Source: Vulcanimicrobiota bacterium
GTDB lineage: Bacteria; Vulcanimicrobiota; Vulcanimicrobiia; Vulcanimicrobiales; Vulcanimicrobiaceae
Assembly: GCA_963733295.1 (NCBI GenBank)
Contig: CAVTCS010000003.1
Span: 1,792,001-1,856,000, forward strand
Direction of reading: 5' to 3'
DNA length: 64,000 nt
In this document: one piece after another, positions 28,473 through 37,290 of the stretch
Layout: every line of letters begins with the position of its first letter
Position numbering within the stretch: the stretch's first letter is position 1
The notes under the pieces: generated by a model
Database searches by the model: none
What the model was told of the DNA's origin: nothing
What the model saw: only the letters and a program-made list of their open reading frames with translations
Made by a program: the position numbers and the translations under genes

Positions 28473-30739
28473 CTACCGGCGCTCACGAGCACGAGACTAT
28501 CTTGCGCGGTGATGTAGTTGCCTTGGGTTTTCTGGTTGGCATGGTCCAGGAGCGTAATCCGGTACTGATATTGGTTCTGCGTCGGATCGATTACCGGCAC
28601 GTGCACTTGCACCGGTTGGCTCGACCCGTTCATTTGAAACGTCGTCTGGAAGGCGTAGTTGTTGGTGGAGTCTTTGTACGACAGCTCGACGACCGCAAGG
28701 CTGATGGCGTTCGGATCGAAAGCGGGTTGGAACGTCAGGTTGAGGCCCCCGGCGAACGGATCGCTGACGATCAGCGCGCTGGCGGTGGTCGTCGTTGCGG
28801 GGTGGCTGATGAGCGTTCCGTCCTTCAAATAGCAGTTGGTCGAGTAGCTGTAGGTTCGCGCGCTCGTATCGGCGAGCCGCAAATTGAAGCTCTGCGCCGC
28901 CGCGCCCGGCCGCACCACGATCGTCGTCGAGGCTTGCCAGCCACTCGCTGCGGTGTACTGAATCGGGACCTCGATGCGATCGACCGTCCCCGGATCGATC
29001 CGGCCCGGTTGGATGGAGATCTGCAAGAAGCCGAGCGTGTCGAACGGGTCGAGCGTGAGCAAGCGGTTTTCGGTCGTGACGGGCGGCAACGTATACGAAG
29101 TCTTTTCACCTTGCCAGCCCGACTCGGGATCGAACTCGTAGTCGATCGTGTAGGTGTAGCTCGTTTTCTGAATCAGGCCTTCGAAGACCGCCCACGTCTG
29201 TTGCGTCGTGTGCGCCGGATCGAACACAAAATCGCCATGCTTCACGCCCGCGGCACTCGTCGGATCGCCGTAATCGAGGCCGACGTGAGCCGAGAGCAAC
29301 CCGATGCCCGTAAAATCGTGCGGCGGGTTGATCGTCACCGCGAAGTTGTTGAAGAACGGATCGTTCCCGGCAACCTTGAGGAAATGCTTGCTCAGGTCGA
29401 TGTTTGACAGCATCAAACCAAAGTAGCCCTGAGGCGAGTACGTCCGCTGCACCGCGTTCATTTGGTTGTACTCGTACTCGACGGTTTTCAGCTCGTCTTG
29501 TTCGACGAACTTCAGCCGCAGCGCGACGCCGAACGGCGAAGCCGCCGACGACGCCCCGGCAGCGGTACCGGCCGCTTTCGCGATCGCGTTCGCAACGGGC
29601 GCCGCCGCTGCCGCAACAGGTGACGGCGTTGCAGGCTTCGCGGGGGCTGCGGGCTTCGCAGGAGTTGCGGGCGTCGCGGAACCCGAAGGCGGCGCTGCGG
29701 TCATTGTGGTCGCGCCACCCGAAGCGCCTGCGGGAGCACCCATCGACCCCGAGGCCGGTTTTGCCGACGACATGCTCGAGGCACTCGACGGAGTGCTTCC
29801 CCCCATCGTCGTTGTCGGGGGCTTCGCGCTTTGCGCCGACGTCGTGGGCGACGTGCCGGTCGTGCCGTACGGCTTGGCGCCGGTGCTGACCGATTGTGCG
29901 TCGGCAGCTGCCGCCGTCGTCGGGCTCAAACTCGGCGTGAACCACGTCGACATGATCTGATCCTTGAACAAGTTCAGCGCCCACGTTTCGGCGCTCTGCG
30001 TCGCGGCGTCCGAGCTGAGGCTGATGACGTTGATCTGGATGACGCCGTCTTGGCGCAATTTCTCAAAGGTCGCATCGATCCCGGCGGAAACGAAGTACGC
30101 CTGCGCCGTCAGATCGACGCTGAACGACTCGTAGGCGCGCTTGAGATCGCAGGTGATCTTCACGTCGAGCGCCGGCAACACGCCGGTGAATTGCAGGTTG
30201 TAGATCCCGCCGACCGGCGTCATGCCGTCTTGAAAGGCTTGTTCGAGAATCGTCGCGCCTTCTTCGGTCAGCGTCAATCCGAACACCGCGTCGTTGTTGC
30301 CGAAGAGCTCGGGGCTGCTCGCGCCTAGGATGCGCTCCACGGCCTGCCCCGTGCCGGCCGGCGCGGCGCCGGCACTCGTACCGCCGGCACCCTGCAGATC
30401 GAGTGCGACGATTTGGACGGTGCCCGAGTCGAACGAGACCGGCGCGAGCTTCGGAGTGTCGACGTTCGGGAATTGGTTTCGAATCTGTCCGATGATCTGC
30501 GTCTGCGTATCGTCGCTGACTTTGAGGGCCAGCGTCACGTTGAGAAAGCCGCTGCCTTGTATGCCGGTGCCGGCGACGTCGGGCGCGTACATGATCAACA
30601 AGAACTGCGGTTCGTCGCTGCCGCTCTCAGACTCGAGGCCGACGGGACCTGGAAGATACCAAAACTGACTCGGATCGGCGTGATCCGGGAACACCGTGAT
30701 GCCGTTGACGGTAAAGGTGTCGCTCGAGAATAAAAGCAT
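28469..30739 (-). CDS. Large uncharacterised paralog A (shared N-domain, long Ala/Ser/Thr/Pro insert, 3 C-terminal beta repeats)
   Basis: 756 aa, no signal peptide. TVFPDHADPSQFWYLP...GFLNVTL...PELFGNNDAVFGLTLTEEGATIL aligns by eye with paralogs B and C. Confidence 0.85.
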   Translation of the reverse strand: MLLFSSDTFTVNGITVFPDHADPSQFWYLPGPVGLESESGSDEPQFLLIMYAPDVAGTGIQGSGFLNVTLALKVSDDTQTQIIGQIRNQFPNVDTPKLAPVSFDSGTVQIVALDLQGAGGTSAGAAPAGTGQAVERILGASSPELFGNNDAVFGLTLTEEGATILEQAFQDGMTPVGGIYNLQFTGVLPALDVKITCDLKRAYESFSVDLTAQAYFVSAGIDATFEKLRQDGVIQINVISLSSDAATQSAETWALNLFKDQIMSTWFTPSLSPTTAAAADAQSVSTGAKPYGTTGTSPTTSAQSAKPPTTTMGGSTPSSASSMSSAKPASGSMGAPAGASGGATTMTAAPPSGSATPATPAKPAAPAKPATPSPVAAAAAPVANAIAKAAGTAAGASSAASPFGVALRLKFVEQDELKTVEYEYNQMNAVQRTYSPQGYFGLMLSNIDLSKHFLKVAGNDPFFNNFAVTINPPHDFTGIGLLSAHVGLDYGDPTSAAGVKHGDFVFDPAHTTQQTWAVFEGLIQKTSYTYTIDYEFDPESGWQGEKTSYTLPPVTTENRLLTLDPFDTLGFLQISIQPGRIDPGTVDRIEVPIQYTAASGWQASTTIVVRPGAAAQSFNLRLADTSARTYSYSTNCYLKDGTLISHPATTTTASALIVSDPFAGGLNLTFQPAFDPNAISLAVVELSYKDSTNNYAFQTTFQMNGSSQPVQVHVPVIDPTQNQYQYRITLLDHANQKTQGNYITAQDSLVLVSAGS

Positions 30740-30769
30740 GGCGTTCTCAATGCTCCCGCGGGAGGCGGC

Positions 30770-33112
30770 TTAGGAGAGATTGTTGAGAGGAATGACTAGC
30801 GCGTTGCCGGCGATCGGCGTCCAGTCGATGCTCTTCGTCTGACCGTTCGTCAGTTGGATGTCGGCGCGGTATTGCGGCGCCACGTTCGGATCGACGTAGT
30901 CGTACGCAAAGCTGCGCACGTCGGCAGCGGTCGCAAGGGTGACCGACTCGCTGAGGTCGATCGCATTTGTCGCGTCGACGTAGCGAATGCCGACCACGAT
31001 CTGACCGATCTGGCTCGCCGTGAAGTCGACCTGCTGCGGCGCGATCGAAAGGATCTGATGTCCTTTCATGTTGTTCTGCAGCATCAGGTACTGATCCGAG
31101 GTCACCGATCCCGGAATGGTCCAGATTTGACCGTTCGTGTGGACGAGCTGCGCTTCGTAGTAGATCAGGTTCTGCGTTGGATCTTGCCGGTCGACGGTGA
31201 AAGGCGGCGCCGCCGCGTTGCTCGCGGTCAAGGTGTAGGTCTGTTGAACTGCGGGATTGCTCTTGCTGGGGTAAGCCACGAAAACCAGCGCCTCCTGAAA
31301 TTGGGTCCAGTCGAGCGCGGCGATCACATTGAGCGTGAGCTTTGAGGGGAACGGATCGACGACGTCGATCTTCGAGGCGCTGGTCGTAACCCACGGCGAG
31401 ACGCTCGTCCCGCCGGAGACGAGGCTGTAGGTCAAGCGGTACTGGAAGCTGCGCAGGCTCGGATCGCACATGAAGAGGGGCCAATCGACTTCGGGATTGG
31501 CGCTCGTCATGATCGCGCTCGGCTGCTCGTTGATGGCATTCTTCGCGTCGACGTAGCGGCACTCGACCTCGACGCTGGGATAGCGGTCCCAGGGAAAGCC
31601 GAACGCGCGAACCGGAATGACGGTCACGCCGTAGACGTCGCCCCGCGGCTCGATGTCGAGCACGTCGCCGGTAACCGTTTGCGGCGCGCTCGTGAGTTTG
31701 TTGGGCCGCTGGGTCGTATCGACGTTCATGAAGTTGACGGTGTAGGTGTAGCTCACCGGGCGCTGCATCTGGCCGTTCGAGAGCACGCTGCTCCAGTTAC
31801 AAGAACCTTGCGAGGCCGCGCCGGTCAACGAGACCGACTGAACGCTGCCGTTGTAGGTGAGGTTCACGTCGATCGAGGCGATCGAATCGCCGGCGAAGTC
31901 GGCGTGCGTGACCACGTTGACCGTGCGGCGCTGAAAATACGGATTGTCGAGATCGACCTTGACGACGAACTGCCCCAGGCCCGTTCCCGGTTTGAGTTCG
32001 CTGAGAAGACCGTTGAGATGGCCTTGGGGAAAGATCGTGCGCAGGACCGCGGTCTGCTCGGTCAGGTTGAAATCGAGGGACTTCTGATCGGTTTGCGAGA
32101 GGTCGATGTGCTTGTAGGAGTAACCCGCTTGACCCAACGGACCGGCCAGCGCGATGTCGCTGAGGTTCTTGACGGTGCTCGTGAACTTGTCCCAATCGTC
32201 GGGCTTATTGGGATCCGGCGGCGCCAGGCTCGACTGAAAGAAATTGTTCTTGACCAGCTCGTAGCATTCCGAGACAGCCCGGTCGCGGTCCGAGACGCCG
32301 GTTGCTCCCAGATCCGAATCTGTCGTGTACGACGAAACCTGGATGTTGATGACCTGATCCTCGATCAGCTTATCGACCGTCTTCTCGATGTCGCTCGAGA
32401 CAAAGAGAAAACCGCCACCGTATTGAGTATCGAGATAAGTCTGCACGCGGTTCCAGTCGGCGGTGAGTTGAACGTGAAAGGCAGGCCGCAGGCCCAGGAA
32501 TTGCAGCGAATAGATGACGGCGACCGGCGCCATCTCACCCTGCAGCGCCGCTTCGAGAACCGTCGCGCCGTATTGGTCGAGCTGGACGGAGAAGGTCGCT
32601 TGATTGTCGCCGTAGAGCGCGGGCTTCGTCGCGTTCTGCACTTTGATCACGAATTGCGGCCCGGACGCGGCCGGCGCCATCACCGCCGTCGCGGCTGCGC
32701 CGCTACTCGCGCCGGCCGGTCCGCCGGACGGCGCCGCCGCACCGCCCGTGGCCGGCGGACTTGCGCTTTGCGCTCCGAGGATCAGCAGGTCGACCGAACC
32801 ATCGACGAACGTCACCGGCGAGAGCCGCGGTTGCCCGGTCAGCTTCGCCTGCTGCTGGAGTTGACTGCTCACTTCGCTCAGCGCGTCCTGATCGATCCCG
32901 ATGTTGACGTCGAAATTGAGGAATCCGCCGGTTCCGGCAGCTCCCTCGTACTCGATCAGTTGCAGCTGTGGCGTGGCGACGTTCGTCTTCGGGTCGGTCA
33001 CCATCGTCAGGTGCGGCATCATCGGGAGGTAGTAGAACTGCAACGGATCTTTGTCGTCGGGGAAGACCGAGACTCCGTTGATCACAAAATACGGCGAGTT
33101 GAGGTACAGCAT
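30770..33112 (-). CDS. Large uncharacterised paralog B (shared N-domain, 4 C-terminal beta repeats)
   Basis: 780 aa. SVFPDDKDPLQFYYLP...GGFLNFDV...PALYGDNQATFSVQLDQYGATVL. Confidence 0.85.
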   Translation of the reverse strand: MLYLNSPYFVINGVSVFPDDKDPLQFYYLPMMPHLTMVTDPKTNVATPQLQLIEYEGAAGTGGFLNFDVNIGIDQDALSEVSSQLQQQAKLTGQPRLSPVTFVDGSVDLLILGAQSASPPATGGAAAPSGGPAGASSGAAATAVMAPAASGPQFVIKVQNATKPALYGDNQATFSVQLDQYGATVLEAALQGEMAPVAVIYSLQFLGLRPAFHVQLTADWNRVQTYLDTQYGGGFLFVSSDIEKTVDKLIEDQVINIQVSSYTTDSDLGATGVSDRDRAVSECYELVKNNFFQSSLAPPDPNKPDDWDKFTSTVKNLSDIALAGPLGQAGYSYKHIDLSQTDQKSLDFNLTEQTAVLRTIFPQGHLNGLLSELKPGTGLGQFVVKVDLDNPYFQRRTVNVVTHADFAGDSIASIDVNLTYNGSVQSVSLTGAASQGSCNWSSVLSNGQMQRPVSYTYTVNFMNVDTTQRPNKLTSAPQTVTGDVLDIEPRGDVYGVTVIPVRAFGFPWDRYPSVEVECRYVDAKNAINEQPSAIMTSANPEVDWPLFMCDPSLRSFQYRLTYSLVSGGTSVSPWVTTSASKIDVVDPFPSKLTLNVIAALDWTQFQEALVFVAYPSKSNPAVQQTYTLTASNAAAPPFTVDRQDPTQNLIYYEAQLVHTNGQIWTIPGSVTSDQYLMLQNNMKGHQILSIAPQQVDFTASQIGQIVVGIRYVDATNAIDLSESVTLATAADVRSFAYDYVDPNVAPQYRADIQLTNGQTKSIDWTPIAGNALVIPLNNLS

Positions 33113-33138
33113 AACGGTGCTCCGATCGCGAGCGGCGC

Positions 33139-35436
33139 TTAGGGTCCGGTGAGGACGAGGTCGGTGTCGCTCGACGTGACCGGCGCCTGCTTTACCACCT
33201 GCGGCGGCGTCGTCGCTAAGTAGTAGGTCGCCGTATACGTGTAGGCGGTCTTCGTCGGATCCTTCGTATAGAAGGTCCAGGTCGCCGGGGTTGCGCCGGT
33301 CGGCTTGAGCACGATCTCCTGCGCGAGCGAGAGATTGTTGGCGGTATCGGTGTATTGAAACTCGATCTGGGCCAGCTTGATCTTCGTGAAATCGAGCAGC
33401 GCCGGATCGGGCGTGACGGTGACGATCTTCTGGTTAGGCGGCCCGAAGGTGACGAGGCTCGCCGTCGTCGTCGTGCTCGGAATGTCCAGCGTCGTGTTGT
33501 CGGTGTTCGTTACGACGCCCGAGTAGCTGAGCTGCCCGTTGCTGCCGGGGATCACGAGGAACGTCCAGTCGTGGCTGCGGTTGGCGGAGCTGAACTGGTA
33601 TTCGGAAGCCTGCTGATAGTTGTAGGTGGTGTCGGCGTAGGTCATCTTCAGGAAGATGTTGTTGATTTCGTTCGTGAAGTCGCCCTCGGCGAGGAAGCTC
33701 ACCGTCTTCGGAATGAACAGATTGTTGATGAACAGCTCGCGCGTGTTGTCGGACTGCCAGGGCTTGACGACTTGCGTGCCGTCGGCTAAAACGTAGGTGA
33801 CCTGGTATTGGTACTGCTTGTCGACCGTCTTGAGCATGACGACGGCCATCGACGCCGTCCGATTGTTGGTATCGAACGAGAACTGACGGCTCACTGCCGC
33901 GCCGCTCGGATCGGGATCGGGATATTTGAGCGCGACTTGAACCTGCGGAACCTTCGTGAAGTCGACGTTGCTGACGGTGATGTTCACGAAAAGGACGCCC
34001 AAGGTTCCGACGTCGATCGTCGTCACGAGATCCTGCGTCGTGTAGACCGGCGAGGCATACGGCTGATTCTCGTCGACGTAATTGACCTTGAACGAGTAGC
34101 CGTAGTGCATGTCGCCGCCGGTCGTGTCTGAGTCGAACTTGAGAACGTCGTCCGGCCCGGTGAAGTGGAAACCTTCGACCGTGGGCGGCGTGCTCTTCGG
34201 ATAGGTGCAGTTGAGGTCGACGCTCTGAATGAGGAACTTCTGGTAGTCGGCGTTGACCATCAGCGTCGCGTGGATTTGCGCGAAGAAGGGGTCGTTCGCG
34301 TTGATCGTCTCGATATAGTTGCTGAAGTTGGGCACGTTCGGCAGCGTGCCTTGCTGGACGGTTTCGTAAACGATGCTGTCGTCTTGTTCATAGTATTCGT
34401 TGAAGTTGAACACAGCTAGGCTCGACTCGTTACGGCTGACGTTCTTCATCCCGTCGTCGCTGCGGTCCGATCCGAGGTCCGCGCCGGTGTTGCTGCCGGT
34501 CACGCCTCCGCTCGAGCTTCCCGAGGACGAGCCGGAAGAACCGTTGCTCGTCGAGCCGGTCGAACTCGCCGGGGTGCTGCTCGAACTCGAAGTTTGGCCA
34601 CTCGCACCGAGCACGTTCTGCGCTGCGATGTTGAGCTGTTGGAAACCCCAGTTCGTAAGGTCGCTTTGCATCTTGGCGACGTTGGGATCGGTCATGTCCA
34701 TGCCGGTGAAGTCGAACTTCACGCCGCCCGAATCCGATTGGATGAAAGCCTCGCGCATCGTCTCGTTCTCGGTGTTGTCGCCGCTGTCCCAACTGCCGCC
34801 GCTCTTGTTGATCGTCTGATAGAACGAGGCGAACTTGACGGCGTCGAACCAGACGTTTCCGGTGACGGGCGGCAGCGCCGCCGCGTAGCTGAGATCGTAC
34901 GCGATCTGGATGACGCCGCCCTGACCGCTGAGCGCCCCTTTCACGACCGCTGCACCTTCGGGTGAAAGCTCGGCCGTGAACGAGCAGATCAGCGAACCGA
35001 GCAGCGAAGGCTTGCCCGCGCTCTCGATCTTCGTGACGAGCGCTCCGCCGCTGTCGAGCAGCGTCAGCGAAGAGGTGCCCTTGATGAAGCTCGGCAGGGA
35101 GATCTTCGCGGTGGCGGGATTGCCTTGTCCGTCCTTGACGTTGTTGGTTTTGAGCATCGCGTCGAGTTGGTTTTGGAGCGCGCTCCTGGTCGTGTTCGAA
35201 AGGACGAAACACGAGTCGAAGATGAGGAAACCGCCGCCCTTGCTGCCGTCGGGACGGTCGACCGGCATCAAGTACTCGATGAAGTTGACGACCGGCTTGT
35301 TGGTCTTCGGGTCGATGCGGATGCTCGGCTCGTTGGGCATGACGTAGAAGATCGTCTGATCGACGGTATCGGCATAGGCCGTGACGGTCGAGCCGGCGCC
35401 GTCGCTGAGGTTGAGTGCGGGATAGAGCTTGAGCAT
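33139..35436 (-). CDS. Large uncharacterised paralog C (shared N-domain, Ser/Gly insert, 4 C-terminal beta repeats)
   Basis: 765 aa, RBS AAGGAG. TAYADTVDQTIFYVMP...GGFLIFDS...PSLLGSLICSFTAELSPEGAAVV; NDPFF motif shared with A. Confidence 0.85.
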   Translation of the reverse strand: MLKLYPALNLSDGAGSTVTAYADTVDQTIFYVMPNEPSIRIDPKTNKPVVNFIEYLMPVDRPDGSKGGGFLIFDSCFVLSNTTRSALQNQLDAMLKTNNVKDGQGNPATAKISLPSFIKGTSSLTLLDSGGALVTKIESAGKPSLLGSLICSFTAELSPEGAAVVKGALSGQGGVIQIAYDLSYAAALPPVTGNVWFDAVKFASFYQTINKSGGSWDSGDNTENETMREAFIQSDSGGVKFDFTGMDMTDPNVAKMQSDLTNWGFQQLNIAAQNVLGASGQTSSSSSTPASSTGSTSNGSSGSSSGSSSGGVTGSNTGADLGSDRSDDGMKNVSRNESSLAVFNFNEYYEQDDSIVYETVQQGTLPNVPNFSNYIETINANDPFFAQIHATLMVNADYQKFLIQSVDLNCTYPKSTPPTVEGFHFTGPDDVLKFDSDTTGGDMHYGYSFKVNYVDENQPYASPVYTTQDLVTTIDVGTLGVLFVNITVSNVDFTKVPQVQVALKYPDPDPSGAAVSRQFSFDTNNRTASMAVVMLKTVDKQYQYQVTYVLADGTQVVKPWQSDNTRELFINNLFIPKTVSFLAEGDFTNEINNIFLKMTYADTTYNYQQASEYQFSSANRSHDWTFLVIPGSNGQLSYSGVVTNTDNTTLDIPSTTTTASLVTFGPPNQKIVTVTPDPALLDFTKIKLAQIEFQYTDTANNLSLAQEIVLKPTGATPATWTFYTKDPTKTAYTYTATYYLATTPPQVVKQAPVTSSDTDLVLTGP

Positions 35437-35451
35437 GTCGTCTCCTTAGAG

Positions 35452-37290
35452 TTAAGAGCTTGCCGCGATCGGAACGGGAGCGGAAGCCGGCATCGTGCCG
35501 TCCGCGCCGAGCAACAATGGTTGGAACGGGGATAAAATCGGCGACCAGGCCGCGGCCGGCGCCGGCGGCGCCGCCGAACGGCGGTAGCGATAACCGGGAT
35601 GAAACGGTGACGCGGCGACGTAACCCCAGGTCGAGCTCGGCTGCATCGCGGTGAGCATCAAGAGATCCGGCGTGGCAGCGGCGTCCGCACTTTGTGCTTC
35701 GCTTTGCAGTTCGAGGACGAGCGCGCCGTCCGCGCTGCCCAGATCGGCCCGGACCTCGATCGTGTGCGGACCGTACTCGCGAAAGAGCGGCAGGTCGACG
35801 TTGATGCGGCCGGGTTGCGTCGGCGCAAGCGCGAGCGGCGCGCCGCCGTCGTTCGGCTGCGCGCTGAGTTGCAGCGAAGCATCGACGGCTTCGCGCGGGA
35901 TCCCGACCGAGAGACTCGGCGTCGCCGGCGTGAGCGTGAACTGTTGCGCCGCGATGCGGCCGCCGTACGTGTATTGCAGCGCAACGGTCAGCGTGGCGAG
36001 CGCGAGCAACCGATCCGCTGCGGTGACGTGCGCGAAGGTTACCAGAAAATCGTCCGCCGTCAGCGTGACCCACGCGTCGCTGCACGGACGGGCTGCAGGC
36101 GCGTCGAGTTCGACCGGCAGCGCACCCGGCACGGCAAGCAATGCGAAACTTCGCACGCCGTAGCCGAACGCTTCGCCGGGGCTCAAATGCAGAACGGCCG
36201 AAGCGCGGTCCGAGGGCTCCGCGAGCACGACTTGCACGCTCGAGCTCGCGGGGCGGAAGGGCGGGTTTGCGGCCAACTCAATGTTCGCGCCGATCGCCGG
36301 AACGCCGTTTCGATTGGGCGGCAGATTGGCCGTGACGTCGATGCTGTAGACGCCGGCCTCGAGCGGCGGCGCCACGATCTCTTTGACGAAGAAGTCGAGC
36401 CCGTTCTTGGCAACCGCGGCCCGCAGATCGCTCGTCGCGTCCAGCTCGAGCACCCATTGTCGATACGCGAGCGCGGGCAGGCTCAGATCCCACGCGATCG
36501 TGCCCGGCGTCAACTGCGCGACGTCGACGAAGGCGACGGTCGCGGGATCGCTGAGTCCGGGCGCCGCGGTCAGCGACGCGAACGCGGCGATGACGCGATC
36601 GGCCATGGCCTGCGCGAATTCGGCTGCGATCGTTCCGCTGGTTTTCAGCGGCAGAGCGGTGGCTTGCGTAAACGCTGCGAGCACGTCGGCGACCGCCATC
36701 GTGCGCGACGTCTTCCCTGCCAACAGCGCCGTCAGCAGTGCGACCGGGTCGAACTGGACCGAAGCCTGAGTGCGCTGCGCGACGCCTGCCGCGTCGAATT
36801 CGAGCCGCACGCCGAGGAGCAGCGAACCGCCCGCGAGCGAACCTTTGACCAACTCGCCCGCATCGGCCGAGAGCCGCGGCGTCCAGCGTGCGCCGTCCGG
36901 GCTGAGCCAGCCCAGCGGAACCGGTGTCAGGAGATCCGCCGCCGGCACGACTTGCGTCGTCGTCGGATAGAGGCGTGCGAAACCCGAATGAATCGAGAGC
37001 GGCTGCACGGTCGCGTCAGCGACGCTGGAGCGCACCGCAGCGAGCGCCGCATCGAGCGGAAAGTCCCAGCCGACCGTCAGGTCGAGCACCGCGTGCGAAC
37101 CGCTCGCCGTCAAGTCGCCCATTTGTTCGAACAGCTCGAGCAACACTTTGGGATTACCGTTCGCGTCGCTCGCGAGCGTCGCGCGCTGCGGTACCACGGC
37201 GTAGCTTCCGCCGGAGAACGGCGCAAACGTGGTGGCGGCGTCGCTCGACGCGAGCGTTGCAAAATCGGGCAAACCCGCGAGCGCCTCCAT
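35452..37290 (-). CDS. Large uncharacterised protein D, divergent member of the same family
   Basis: 612 aa; ATG directly follows the upstream TAG. SYAVVPQRATLASDANGNPKVLL...RLSADAGELVKGSL parallels the shared domain; C-terminal beta repeats ending GYRYR. Confidence 0.75.
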   Translation of the reverse strand: MEALAGLPDFATLASSDAATTFAPFSGGSYAVVPQRATLASDANGNPKVLLELFEQMGDLTASGSHAVLDLTVGWDFPLDAALAAVRSSVADATVQPLSIHSGFARLYPTTTQVVPAADLLTPVPLGWLSPDGARWTPRLSADAGELVKGSLAGGSLLLGVRLEFDAAGVAQRTQASVQFDPVALLTALLAGKTSRTMAVADVLAAFTQATALPLKTSGTIAAEFAQAMADRVIAAFASLTAAPGLSDPATVAFVDVAQLTPGTIAWDLSLPALAYRQWVLELDATSDLRAAVAKNGLDFFVKEIVAPPLEAGVYSIDVTANLPPNRNGVPAIGANIELAANPPFRPASSSVQVVLAEPSDRASAVLHLSPGEAFGYGVRSFALLAVPGALPVELDAPAARPCSDAWVTLTADDFLVTFAHVTAADRLLALATLTVALQYTYGGRIAAQQFTLTPATPSLSVGIPREAVDASLQLSAQPNDGGAPLALAPTQPGRINVDLPLFREYGPHTIEVRADLGSADGALVLELQSEAQSADAAATPDLLMLTAMQPSSTWGYVAASPFHPGYRYRRSAAPPAPAAAWSPILSPFQPLLLGADGTMPASAPVPIAASS

